From Rhodothermaceae bacterium (GTDB lineage: Bacteria > Bacteroidota > Rhodothermia > Rhodothermales > Bin80): a DNA stretch of 64,000 nt. Made by a program: the position numbers and the translations under genes. Each line of letters begins with the position of its first letter. Within the stretch, counting starts at the first letter, position 1. Below are positions 28,302 to 38,017 of this stretch, in pieces. The stretch covers positions 4,456-68,455 of the forward strand of contig VXSC01000002.1 of the NCBI GenBank assembly GCA_009838195.1. The letters run 5' to 3'. The notes beneath the pieces are model-generated. The model was not told where the DNA came from and did no database searches. It saw only the letters and a list, made by a program, of their open reading frames with translations.

Positions 28302-28640
28302 ATGAGTGAACTTACAACCGAGAAGATGACGGACATCGCATTTAATCAGGATGGCCTTGTTCCAGTTGTTGTTCAGGAAGCCACCACGCTGGAGGTACTG
28401 ATGCTGGCTTACATGAATCAGGATACATTGGAACAAACGCTGAGAACCGGGACCATGACGTATTGGAGTCGGTCACGAGGATGTGTGTGGGTTAAAGGGG
28501 AAACCAGTGGGCAGTTCCAAATCGTGAAATCCGCAAAATTGGATTGCGATCGGGATACATTACTGTTCATGGTAGAGCAGCAGGGGGGTGGTGCATGCCA
28601 TACGGGAGCTCGAACCTGCTTTTTTCGGGATTTAATGTAA
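28302..28640 (+). CDS. hisI: Phosphoribosyl-AMP cyclohydrolase
   Basis: 112 aa carrying [33 protein letters not shown] and CHTG. Confidence 0.85.
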   Translation: MSELTTEKMTDIAFNQDGLVPVVVQEATTLEVLMLAYMNQDTLEQTLRTGTMTYWSRSRGCVWVKGETSGQFQIVKSAKLDCDRDTLLFMVEQQGGGACHTGARTCFFRDLM

Positions 28641-28782
28641 GGAGGATTCGAGTAGGATCGGCCTCGAGATGGGATGATTCAAACTTCACATACAGATAGG
28701 CTCAGGTGCCGGGTAAGGGTATTTGTCTCAGCAGCGTAGGTAGTCTGGTCCAGTGCGGTCATCTTTCCGGCGAATCGACTCA

Positions 28783-29541
28783 ATGACGATCTGGAAGTCC
28801 ACATTTTGCTTGGCATCCGTAATCTTGATGGTAGGATGTCTGATTGAAAACCAGATATCGGAGCCGGATTGGATTGTTGATCGGGCAGATGTATTGGATG
28901 CCGAAGAAGAGAGTGCTCTGTTAAATCTGCTTTCCGATTTCTACGACAGTACATCCGTTACGATTGTCGGAGTAACAGCAGAATCTATACGAGGGCAATC
29001 CATAGAGCTGCATGCGGCATCGTTGTATGCATCATGGGAACTAGGGTCTATCGAAACTCATAACGGAATTTTGGTCCTCCTCCGGGCAGATGAGCGCTTG
29101 GTGCAGATTACCGTAGGTAGTGGCATGGCACAGGAGTTACCATCGCTGGTGCTTGATTCGATTAAGGTCGAGATGGCGGAGCTATTTGGTTTGGGTGACT
29201 ATTACGGTGGTTTCGAGAGGGGTTTTGATATGCTCATGCGCCGTGCCGGTGCAGTCCCGTGGACGATCGCATACACGAGCATTTTTGATGCCGAACGTGA
29301 CTCGTTGCACAGTATGGATGAGATTGTGTCCACAGAAGGCGTGATTACAGGATTTCAAGAGGATTTGGTTATACTCACGGATTCCGATGGACGAGATGTT
29401 CGTTTGATGGTCCCCACAGAAGCACCAATTCTTTCTTTAGAGGATGTGATCGGATTTACCGGGCGTATTGTGCAACTACAGCCGATACAGGTTCAGGTGC
29501 TGAATTTGGAGGCAGACTATACACTTGAGTTATTGAATTAA
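28783..29541 (+). CDS. TPM-domain (TLP18.3/Psb32-like) lipoprotein
   Basis: Start trimmed to MTIWKSTFCLASVILMVGC (lipobox). A TPM-type block is present (VDRADVLDAEEESALLNLLSDFYDSTSVTIVGVT). Confidence 0.55.
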   Translation: MTIWKSTFCLASVILMVGCLIENQISEPDWIVDRADVLDAEEESALLNLLSDFYDSTSVTIVGVTAESIRGQSIELHAASLYASWELGSIETHNGILVLLRADERLVQITVGSGMAQELPSLVLDSIKVEMAELFGLGDYYGGFERGFDMLMRRAGAVPWTIAYTSIFDAERDSLHSMDEIVSTEGVITGFQEDLVILTDSDGRDVRLMVPTEAPILSLEDVIGFTGRIVQLQPIQVQVLNLEADYTLELLN

Positions 29542-29557
29542 ACCTTTGGAGGTCCTG

Positions 29558-30616
29558 ATGACAATGAATCGGCGCGAATTTACGCAGCGCACTTCTTCGG
29601 CTGCCTTACTAACGTTCTTTCCCGTGAGCATTATCAGTAAACGGCCTGAGCCGGGTGAACTGATCGGTCACGGAGATTACCGCTATCGGGTACACCGAAC
29701 CTGGGGAGACCTGGATTCTGAGGTTACCCCGATAAATAACTGCCACGAGATGGTACAGGATCAGGCCGGCCGGCTGATCATGATCGGGGATGAGACACGC
29801 AATAACATACTTATCTATGATACCTCAGGCAATTTGCTTGACACATGGGGCAGTGACTATCCTTATGGGCATGGGTTAACAATTTGGGAGGCAGGTGGAG
29901 AAGAATTCCTGTTCATTTGCGACAATGGTTTTGATGGGAATCCGCAGGTAGTGAAGACGACCTTGGCGGGAGAGGTTGTCATGAGGTTACCACATCCTAA
30001 AGCAGTTGGGGCATATGAGGAATCCGATGCTTTTCATCCTACAGAAACTGCCATCGCTCCGAATGGCGATATCTATGTGGCTGATGGGTACGGATCACAG
30101 TGGATTCTCCAGTTCAATTCTAAAGGAGAATATATTCGCAAGTTTGGGGGTAGGGGGGATGAGGATCACCAGTTTCAGACAGCTCATGGTGTATGCGTAG
30201 ATCTGCGCAATCCAGAGATGCCATCGTTGGTGTGTACCAGCCGAGGGCATAATGCATTCAAAAGGTTCTCGTTGAGTGGAGATTATCTCTCGACGATTTT
30301 TCTGCCGGGTGCGTACGTTTGCCGTGCGGTCATTCACGGAGAAACCATGTATTCAGGTGTATGCTGGTCAAGGCTTCGCTATCTGAATCAGACACCCGAT
30401 TCCGGTTTTGTTACAATCCTGGACAAACATGATCAGGTTGTATCAAATCCAGGGGGGACTCCACCAGTCTACGAAAATGGCCAGTTGCAACTCATGCTAC
30501 AGGAGAAGGCGATATTCAATCATTGTCATGATGTGTGTGTAGACAATGATGAAAATCTGTATGTCTGCCAGTGGAATGCAGGGAAAACCTATCCTATTAA
30601 ACTGGAACGGGTTTAG
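29558..30616 (+). CDS. Tat-signal NHL-repeat / six-bladed beta-propeller protein (peptidylglycine lyase-like)
   Basis: The N-terminus MTMNRREFTQRTSSAALLTF looks like a twin-arginine signal. Repeated motifs of the type ILIYDTSGNLL / IYVADGYGSQWILQFNSKGEY suggest NHL blades. Family assignment is from memory. Confidence 0.5.
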   Translation: MTMNRREFTQRTSSAALLTFFPVSIISKRPEPGELIGHGDYRYRVHRTWGDLDSEVTPINNCHEMVQDQAGRLIMIGDETRNNILIYDTSGNLLDTWGSDYPYGHGLTIWEAGGEEFLFICDNGFDGNPQVVKTTLAGEVVMRLPHPKAVGAYEESDAFHPTETAIAPNGDIYVADGYGSQWILQFNSKGEYIRKFGGRGDEDHQFQTAHGVCVDLRNPEMPSLVCTSRGHNAFKRFSLSGDYLSTIFLPGAYVCRAVIHGETMYSGVCWSRLRYLNQTPDSGFVTILDKHDQVVSNPGGTPPVYENGQLQLMLQEKAIFNHCHDVCVDNDENLYVCQWNAGKTYPIKLERV

Positions 30617-32220
30617 CAGCCCTTATTGAATACTACTTTTCGATTGCGCGAGCTGTTTGCTTCAAAGTAGCTCACGGTCTGAGTACTGGTATCAACAAAA
30701 AATCGGATTACAGGCATTAACCACGAATCGCTGGTAAAGACATTTTCAAGGGCATTCGTCAATTCAAATTCTTTGCCGCGTGGCCCGGTCGCAATCAGTT
30801 TTCCATCCTCAGTACGCATCCAGTAGGATACGCCAAGCTCCGCGCTGTTGTAGCACCCTTCAAATGGCGTAAGGTCAATCTCTTTCGGTAATGGTAGCCT
30901 CTCGGCTTCAAGGTCCGTTGTAGAGGCATGCGTGATCTGCCCCAGTGAATCACGAGCGAAGGTGATGGTTAAACTGAGTGCCGGAATATATAAAGAGTCT
31001 GCCCCAATTGACTGGGCAGGCACGCTTGGAGTGGGAGGTAAATGGGCGAACAGTGATGATCCACTTGTGGTAAGCCGTAAAACGTGCGCCTCACTCAAAT
31101 CATAGATTCCTTCATAATCACCAGATTTGTCCCCAAGGCTCAGGGGAGTTGGAGGGATTTCAGGGGGGCCCATGAATCCTCCCAGATAGTGTTCAGCAAC
31201 AAGCTGTGCCATCGCAGTAGCATTCAGAGATGCATGGTTGCCAAGTACAATGACGGCAAACTCGTGATCGGGGATCCGAAGAATTGTCGTTCGAAAACCA
31301 GCCCAACCACCCGAATGGGAGAGTGTATTCAATCCTCTGTACGTCCCTCGAACCAGTCCAAAACCATATGGAAGGGTCGTACTATCACTGAGTTGCCCCT
31401 GTAAATTCATCATAGAATGCACAGCAGGCGTTCCTAGGCTCTGGTCCTCAAAGTTCTGCACCCAATTGAGCAGGTCCTCAGTGGTTGTATGCAGGGAGCT
31501 GGACCCGGTCGCCATAAGACCATTACCGATGCGCTGAAATTCCCCGGACTGTAGACTGTAGCTTGTTACGCGTCCTGACACAACTTCTTCGTGATCATCC
31601 TGAAAAAACGTACGGGTCATTCCAAGTGGCTCGAATATCCGGTCTTTCATGAAAGTCCGGAAGGATTGTCCGCTGATACGCTCAATCACAAGGGCAAGAA
31701 GGGTATAGCCCGTATTCGAGTAGCTGTATCGAGTCCCTGGAACGAAATTCAATGTTTGTTGATGCTTCACAAAAAAGAGAATCTCCTCCATGGAGATCAC
31801 GTCCTCCAATTCACGTCCAGAAAGTCCGAGCATTCCCGGCCAGTCCCTGAGTCCACTGGTATGGTAGAGCAGGTTTTCGATTGTAATTGTATGTCCGAAA
31901 TCCGGTAACTCCGGCAGGTAGGTCCGTAGATCTTCATCCAGTGTGATCTTTCCTTCGTCAACCAGCATTGCGATTGCAAATGCGCAGAATTGCTTGGACA
32001 CTGAGGCAATGTCGAAGACACTGGCGGATGAAATTGGGATCGCGTGTTCCAGGTTGGCCGTCCCATATCCTTCGTGATGGATGACTGCCCCCCGGTACAG
32101 TACGGCTACCGCTGCTCCAGGACTTTTGTCTGTGTCCCAAGGGCGGAAGAGTTTATCCACCTGTGCATAGACCGGAGTATTCACTACTACGATCAGCCAT
32201 ATGAGGAGTCGGTAGGTCAT
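30613..32220 (-). CDS. Serine hydrolase, beta-lactamase (class C/PBP4-like) family
   Basis: 535 aa with a signal peptide, the SxxK motif in IASVSKQF, YSNTGY and HSGG. The C-terminal extension is about 190 aa. The gene converges on and overlaps the NHL gene end by 4 nt. Confidence 0.8.
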   Translation of the reverse strand: MTYRLLIWLIVVVNTPVYAQVDKLFRPWDTDKSPGAAVAVLYRGAVIHHEGYGTANLEHAIPISSASVFDIASVSKQFCAFAIAMLVDEGKITLDEDLRTYLPELPDFGHTITIENLLYHTSGLRDWPGMLGLSGRELEDVISMEEILFFVKHQQTLNFVPGTRYSYSNTGYTLLALVIERISGQSFRTFMKDRIFEPLGMTRTFFQDDHEEVVSGRVTSYSLQSGEFQRIGNGLMATGSSSLHTTTEDLLNWVQNFEDQSLGTPAVHSMMNLQGQLSDSTTLPYGFGLVRGTYRGLNTLSHSGGWAGFRTTILRIPDHEFAVIVLGNHASLNATAMAQLVAEHYLGGFMGPPEIPPTPLSLGDKSGDYEGIYDLSEAHVLRLTTSGSSLFAHLPPTPSVPAQSIGADSLYIPALSLTITFARDSLGQITHASTTDLEAERLPLPKEIDLTPFEGCYNSAELGVSYWMRTEDGKLIATGPRGKEFELTNALENVFTSDSWLMPVIRFFVDTSTQTVSYFEANSSRNRKVVFNKGC

Positions 32221-33539
32221 TGGTCCATTTTCTCAAACCAGACATCCTGAGAGCGTCCAGAACTGATATGAACCCCGGTTAAACGATCATTTTCCCGTTT
32301 GAATTCGAAAGAACTCAGGTACCATGTGTCACTGGAAAAGGAGTCCCTTCCTGTCCGAGACAGCGTGGCTAGCTCGCCTCGCTGGGAGCGTGCACGCAGT
32401 GTATCAGACTCAAGGGAAATGTAGATCGTGCTACCGAGTTCACGGCTATGATATGCACCCTCGTACGCGTTCAGGCTTTTTTCCTCAATGAAGAAAGTGG
32501 CAATCTTAAGCGCCATATTTGATGGGTTGAATTCCTCTAGGTTGCCAAGCACAACAATGCCAAGGTCATGATTGGGGAACCGTCCTGCCCAGGCACGGAA
32601 TCCCCGGTGAGAGCCACTATGGCCAATAGATTGTGTCCCTCTAAATCGTCCGTAGCTGAGACCAAATGCATACGTAAGTGTATCTCCATCGGAGAGGATC
32701 CCGCGTGAATGTGCCAGATCTCGCGTCTGGGTTCCACCGACATCGCCTCGCTTCAATGCGGTGAGCCACCGACCCAGGTCCAGTGCCGTCGTATAGAGTC
32801 CACTGGCTCCAACACTGGAGTAATTCACACGTTGAGCTTTATATCCACCGAGTGCAGTGATATAGCCGGAGGCAACATTTTCGATCACCTGCCCCCGTTT
32901 TGAGCGGAACTGTGAATTCGTCATTCCAAGTGGCAGGAAAAAGTTGTCATGCATCCATTCGCTGAATGATTGTCCGCTCACGCGTTCAATAATTTCTGCC
33001 ATCAGTGTATAGCCGGAGTTGCTATACATATATTGTTCTCCGGGATCAAAATTCAGATCATTTTGGCGATAAATAAGGCGCAAAATGTCGTCCTTGGTGA
33101 TCACATCATCCATCCGGTACCCAGCCAGCGCCAGAAGGCTGAATTCGTCACGCAGTCCACTGGTGTGATGAACTAAATGCCGCACGGTAATTGGAGAGGT
33201 GAAGGATGCCAGTTCTGGTACATAGTCTGTGACCGGGTCATCAAGTGAAATTTTGGCTTGGGTCGCGAGGAGCGCAATTCCGTAGGCGGTGAATTGCTTT
33301 GATACACTTGCAACCATGAAGACAGTATGGGGAGTGACCAGGATATTGTGTTCCAGGTCGGCTACACCGTATCCCTTGGCAAAGTGGATGCTGTCACCGC
33401 GCACGATTACAACCGCTGCACCAGGAGTATCCGGTTGATCCACGGCAGAGAAAAGGGAATCGACATGGGCCTCCAGCGACTGACCAAATGCGGGCCAGGC
33501 GAAAGCAAACAGACATGAAATGAGAATCTTGCGTAGCAT
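32217..33539 (-). CDS. Serine hydrolase, beta-lactamase family (paralog)
   Basis: 440 aa with a signal peptide, SxxK in VASVSKQF, YSNSGY and HSGS. It overlaps the downstream paralog by 4 nt. Confidence 0.8.
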   Translation of the reverse strand: MLRKILISCLFAFAWPAFGQSLEAHVDSLFSAVDQPDTPGAAVVIVRGDSIHFAKGYGVADLEHNILVTPHTVFMVASVSKQFTAYGIALLATQAKISLDDPVTDYVPELASFTSPITVRHLVHHTSGLRDEFSLLALAGYRMDDVITKDDILRLIYRQNDLNFDPGEQYMYSNSGYTLMAEIIERVSGQSFSEWMHDNFFLPLGMTNSQFRSKRGQVIENVASGYITALGGYKAQRVNYSSVGASGLYTTALDLGRWLTALKRGDVGGTQTRDLAHSRGILSDGDTLTYAFGLSYGRFRGTQSIGHSGSHRGFRAWAGRFPNHDLGIVVLGNLEEFNPSNMALKIATFFIEEKSLNAYEGAYHSRELGSTIYISLESDTLRARSQRGELATLSRTGRDSFSSDTWYLSSFEFKRENDRLTGVHISSGRSQDVWFEKMDQ

Positions 33540-33838
33540 GGGGTATGCAAAGGCACAATTTAATCAGTATCAAGGAAGCTTCAAAATATAACACGGGGTC
33601 AATCACCGGGTGAGGATAATCTTGCAGCGTAACAGCGACTTTCCGGTTCAAGTTCGGCTTTTGTATAAACGCAAAAAATGTATCTTTTGAGCAGACTAGC
33701 CTGCCCTCATCATGACCTGTCCGCAGAGTATTGCCTCGTTGCTGCACGAGTTATTGGAGCTACAGTTGAACAAGTGGCTTACATCAGGCAGAAGTTTGCT
33801 GGCAGGGAGTCCATGGATAGAACACCGATGGCGCCGAA

Positions 33839-34660
33839 ATGCATCAACTGAAACGAATTCCCCCAACCACTGACGGTAAGGTACTGGATCAGTACTTCAC
33901 CAAGCCTGAGGTGGCGCAGCGTTGTCTGGCCAAATTGGGTGATCTGTCCAGATACGACCTGATCATTGAGCCCTCTGCCGGCAATGGCGTTTTCCTGGAG
34001 GCTCTTCAGCATTCGAACAAGATCGGGATTGACATTGCACCACAACACAAGGATGTGTTGAAGGCTGACTGGCTTGAGTATAGGATTGACCAAACAGCCA
34101 AATGTGTACTGGTAGTGGGGAATCCGCCATACGGACAGTACCATAAGTTGTCATCCGCCTTCATAAAGCAGGCCACACAGTTTTCCAACGTCCATACCGT
34201 TGCCTTCATACTGCCAAATGTATACCGAAAGCACACACGTCAACGGATAATTCCTGAAAACTGGCGCATTGCTTCTATGACGAAACTCGGGCAAGATTGC
34301 TTCACGTTGGAGGGTCAAGACTATCATGTTCCAACCAGCTTCTTCGTACTGGATAGATCTCCGGGGAAGGACCTTAGGGTAAGGCTACCGGAGAAAATAA
34401 CGGGCACACAAGATTTTGATTTTGCCACAAAAAAAGAATTTGATGTGTTCGTCTTCGGGGCATCGCCGAAGCGGGTAACCACCGATCCGAAGCCGAACAA
34501 TCGCGGTCACTTCCTCAAGGCAAAGATACCTGTTCCCATGTTAATTGAGCGGATCAAATGCGTCGATTGGCAGGGAAATTCATGTGCTAATGGTGGAGTC
34601 TACTGGCTAACAAAATTCGAATTTGCCGAGCAGTATCAAGCCTGCCATGAATCACCGTGA
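33839..34660 (+). CDS. Gamma-class N6-adenine DNA methyltransferase (M.TaqI-like), solitary
   Basis: 273 aa carrying YFTKPEVA, SAM motif I in LIIEPSAGNGVFL at about residue 43, and motif IV VVGNPPYG at about residue 103. As I remember M.TaqI, the order and spacing match. The region after motif IV is short (about 165 aa). Confidence 0.65.
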   Translation: MHQLKRIPPTTDGKVLDQYFTKPEVAQRCLAKLGDLSRYDLIIEPSAGNGVFLEALQHSNKIGIDIAPQHKDVLKADWLEYRIDQTAKCVLVVGNPPYGQYHKLSSAFIKQATQFSNVHTVAFILPNVYRKHTRQRIIPENWRIASMTKLGQDCFTLEGQDYHVPTSFFVLDRSPGKDLRVRLPEKITGTQDFDFATKKEFDVFVFGASPKRVTTDPKPNNRGHFLKAKIPVPMLIERIKCVDWQGNSCANGGVYWLTKFEFAEQYQACHESP

Positions 34661-34828
34661 AATTCTAATCGTGCCGGGATTATATTGCAATATCTGCAAC
34701 CGGCAGATGAGTTGGTGACAGATCGGAAATCTGAAAAATGTTTTCGATCTTCAATCGGAATCCCCGACCCCTTACGGTTACATGAGCAAGTGTTATTATT
34801 TAGGGACCACCATAACTGAGTAAGTATC

Positions 34829-35734
34829 ATGAAGCTTCAAAATTCGGCCCTTTGGGCTTTTATCTATCTGGGTCTAATTGGAATGACCCTTCACACTTCC
34901 GTGGCAGCGCAAGAGCCGCTTAGGATTATTGCCTTTGGAGGGCATCCAGATGACTGCGAGGTACGTGCTGCTGGGGTCGCCTCTATGTGGGCAGCGATGG
35001 GGCATAAGGTCAAATTTGTCTCCGTTACCAATGGAGATATCGGCCATTATGCAATGGCGGGTGGTCCGCTAGCTCTTACACGAAAGGCCGAAATCGAAGA
35101 CTGCCAGGAAATACTTGGGATCGAAGAATCCATTATGCTTGACAACCATGACGGGGAGCTCATGCCCACGCTGGAGAACCGTAAGACCATTGCTCGATTG
35201 ATTCGGGACTGGCAGGCGGATATTGTTTTGGGTCCGCGTTCAAATGACTATCATCCAGATCATCGGTATACAGCGATCCTAGTTCAGGATGCCGCATTCA
35301 TGGTGACCGTTCCCTTTTTCACACCGACGGTTCCACGCGTGGAAAAAAACCCGGTATTCCTGTACTACCATGATCGTTTCCAGCGACCTTATCCTTTTGA
35401 GCCGGATATCGCGGTGGACATTGGTCCAGTCGGAGACCAGAAGTATGGTTGTATGGCCGCGCTAAGAAGTCAGTTTTCCGACTGGAATGCATGGCTTGCA
35501 GGATATCATGATGAGGTTCCTGAAGACGAAGAGGCTCGTAAGGCTTGGATTCGCGAGCGCTTCCAAGCTCGGGATGCACATGTAGCGGATACTTACAGAG
35601 ATTTACTCATACAGTATTATGGGGAAGAGCGTGGGAATGCGATCGAATTTGCAGAAGCGTTCGAGATCTCGGAATACGGGAGTCAGCCAACACCGGAGCA
35701 GCTCAGAGCACTGTTTCCCTTTTTTGATGAGTAA
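34829..35734 (+). CDS. PIG-L/LmbE-family deacetylase (exported)
   Basis: 301 aa with a signal peptide (LIGMTLHTSVAAQ). Zinc motifs are present: GGHPDDCE and YHPDHRY. Confidence 0.7.
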   Translation: MKLQNSALWAFIYLGLIGMTLHTSVAAQEPLRIIAFGGHPDDCEVRAAGVASMWAAMGHKVKFVSVTNGDIGHYAMAGGPLALTRKAEIEDCQEILGIEESIMLDNHDGELMPTLENRKTIARLIRDWQADIVLGPRSNDYHPDHRYTAILVQDAAFMVTVPFFTPTVPRVEKNPVFLYYHDRFQRPYPFEPDIAVDIGPVGDQKYGCMAALRSQFSDWNAWLAGYHDEVPEDEEARKAWIRERFQARDAHVADTYRDLLIQYYGEERGNAIEFAEAFEISEYGSQPTPEQLRALFPFFDE

Positions 35735-35869
35735 AAGCAGTCAACAACGCTTATTGAAGGAGTCGTCAGAACGAGTGCTTAAGGCTGGTGTGCGAAGCTG
35801 ATTTTCACGCGCTCAGAGATTCAATGGTAGGTTCCATGTCCAGGTTAGAATACCAAAACTAGATTGATA

Positions 35870-36649
35870 ATGCAGTTACAAGGAAAGACATTCATCGTCA
35901 CAGGGTCCGCGGGTGGTATCGGACGATCCATTGCCCGGGCCTGTATTCAAGATGGAGCACAGATACTCCTAGTGGATCGGAATGAAGCCGGGTTGCATGA
36001 GACACAGAGCATGTTGGGGCAGCGCAGCAAGGTACATGTCGACGATTTGCTGGATCCAGAATCTGCGTCTCGTATTGTTAAATCTGCGATCGATCATTAT
36101 GGAGATTTACATGGAATCGTAAATAATGCTGCACTCCTGACGAGGTCAACGATTGAATCGACAACGCCTGAGCTTTTTGATCGGGTAGTGAATGTCAATG
36201 CAAAGGCTCCACTCTTGCTCATTAAGGCAGGGTTGAAGTATTTGGCCAAAAGCAAGGGGAGTGTTGTGAATATCGGATCCATCAATGCACACTGCGGAGA
36301 GCAGCCACTACTCGCCTACAGCATGTCTAAGGGTGCATTGATGACGATGACGCGCAATCTTGGAGATAGTCTCCATGTACAATATGGTGTTCGGGTGAAC
36401 CAAGTTAATCCGGGATGGGTATTGACCGAGCACGAATACCAGATCAAGATGGATGATGGATTACCCGAGGATTGGCCGAGTCGTTTACCACATGATATAG
36501 CTCCATCTGGAGGGCTCGTTTCACCCGAGACGATTGCCGCAGCCGTTGTTTTTTGGCTCAGTGATCAGTCCCGCCCCGTCAGTGGCTCAGTGATCGACAT
36601 GGAACAGTATCCAGTCATCGGACGATACCCGGTCAAGGAGGTAACATAA
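35870..36649 (+). CDS. Short-chain dehydrogenase/reductase
   Basis: Start trimmed to MQLQGKTFIVTGSAGGIG (TGxxxGxG). Also carries NNAA and the catalytic YSMSK. Confidence 0.85.
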   Translation: MQLQGKTFIVTGSAGGIGRSIARACIQDGAQILLVDRNEAGLHETQSMLGQRSKVHVDDLLDPESASRIVKSAIDHYGDLHGIVNNAALLTRSTIESTTPELFDRVVNVNAKAPLLLIKAGLKYLAKSKGSVVNIGSINAHCGEQPLLAYSMSKGALMTMTRNLGDSLHVQYGVRVNQVNPGWVLTEHEYQIKMDDGLPEDWPSRLPHDIAPSGGLVSPETIAAAVVFWLSDQSRPVSGSVIDMEQYPVIGRYPVKEVT

Positions 36650-36749
36650 AGCGGGTGAATCCCCTCATATTTTTATGTGATCTTTGCCACTTCAGGGTAG
36701 CGTTACGGGGATTTCAAGATTGAGAAATTCTAGCTCTTGGTGATAAAGC

Positions 36750-37580
36750 ATGGAAATCGGATCGGATTCACTGACACTCGCACTCGTCAGTGAAGTCTTC
36801 AGCACGGAAGATGAGCTAGTGTCAAGCCTCAAAGCAGCGCGCAGTCAGGGGGCGGACTTGGCCGTCTTGCCCGAATTACCCTTGAATGAGTGGTCTCCGG
36901 CCACAAAAAAAGCAAGATTAGAGGATGCCGAAAGTTCAGGTGGCTGGCGGGAAATCATTCAATGCAATGCTGCCCGAAGGGCAGAAATTGCTGTGTTAGG
37001 AGGATTGATCCGGGTTACACGTGATGGTCGTCGCATTAACCTTGCATTGCTGATCAGCGCCCAAGGAGCAATCATAGATTCATCAGCGAAACATGTTTTG
37101 CCTGATGAAGAAGGATTCTGGGAATGTGACCACTACGAGCCTGTCGCAGATCCCCCACAGGTCATTGAGTTCATGGGTGCGAAGGTTGGGATCCAGATTT
37201 GTTCAGACGCCAATCGACCCACCGCAGCTCAACTTCTCGCCGCGCAAGGTGCACATGTGATTCTGGCTCCGCGAGCAACCAGTATATCTTCGTGGAAGCG
37301 ATGGCGCCTCGCGTACAGGGCCATGGCACTGACCGCCTCTGCCTGGGTGGTGTCCGTATGCCGTCCCCGACCGGAATTCGGTGTAGAAATGGGAGGCCCC
37401 TCTCTAGTGGTTGATCCAATGGGAGAGGTTGTATTGGAAACGACGGAGCGTATTGCAACTGTAGTGCTGGATCGGCGTGCAGTCGAAGACGCCCGCCAAT
37501 CGTATCCCGGCTATCTTGCATGGCCAGCTAAAACGTATATGACCGGCTGGGAAAACATTCTCAGAAGTCAGCAAAAATGA
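36750..37580 (+). CDS. Carbon-nitrogen hydrolase (nitrilase superfamily)
   Basis: 276 aa with Glu-Lys-Cys triad candidates in LAVLPEL, AKHVLP and GIQICSDANRP. Confidence 0.75.
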   Translation: MEIGSDSLTLALVSEVFSTEDELVSSLKAARSQGADLAVLPELPLNEWSPATKKARLEDAESSGGWREIIQCNAARRAEIAVLGGLIRVTRDGRRINLALLISAQGAIIDSSAKHVLPDEEGFWECDHYEPVADPPQVIEFMGAKVGIQICSDANRPTAAQLLAAQGAHVILAPRATSISSWKRWRLAYRAMALTASAWVVSVCRPRPEFGVEMGGPSLVVDPMGEVVLETTERIATVVLDRRAVEDARQSYPGYLAWPAKTYMTGWENILRSQQK

Positions 37581-37617
37581 CCAATCTGCTTCGCCTACCG
37601 GACGGCCAGCTGTCACG

Positions 37618-37932
37618 ATGAAAGTTTCTTTACACTACAATCCGAGCTGCTCGGACTGTGTGCGACAGGCGAAACGCACCGCACGGCTCGACTGGTTGCG
37701 GGCGGTGAGCCTGAGAACGGATCGTTCACCTTTAGGGGAGGTTCCGGTAGGCGAAATCGTAGTTGTCGACGAGCAGAGACGCCAAGTGTACACCGGTATC
37801 TACGCCACACGCATGGTGTGCCTTAGGATCCCACTATTGTTTCTCTACGGGCTCCTTCTCTACATTCCAGGTATCCGAGACCGGATCGGTGAAGCGAAGC
37901 TTGGGTGCAATGGTGACGCGTGTGAATTCTGA
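37618..37932 (+). CDS. Small CxxC protein, DUF393/DCC thiol-disulfide oxidoreductase-like
   Basis: 104 aa with an N-terminal NPSCSDC (CxxC), a later hydrophobic stretch IPLLFLYGLLLYIP, and a terminal CNGDAC. It sits between the two copies of the nitrilase 3' end. Confidence 0.4.
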   Translation: MKVSLHYNPSCSDCVRQAKRTARLDWLRAVSLRTDRSPLGEVPVGEIVVVDEQRRQVYTGIYATRMVCLRIPLLFLYGLLLYIPGIRDRIGEAKLGCNGDACEF

Positions 37933-38017
37933 CATCGCACCTCGCCATTGTTGCTGAGCTGTATGTCGTCATCTAGTTTGTCCTTGGGGCACGCGTCGTG
38001 ATCCGAAGTGGGCACAC

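Noticed and set aside
33712-33873. 53-aa ORF (MTCPQSIASLLHELLELQLNKWL...) overlapping the methyltransferase start, considered as a controller protein
   Set aside because: It has no HTH pattern and overlaps the methyltransferase coding start out of frame. It is probably chance.
35331-35344. Perfect 14-bp palindrome TTCCACGCGTGGAA resembling a parS core
   Set aside because: It has two extra central bases relative to the TGTTCCACGTGGAACA-type parS and lies inside the PIG-L coding sequence, far from parAB. A half-match at 1339-1354 (GTTCCACGTGAGG) is also incomplete. No convincing parS was found in the window.
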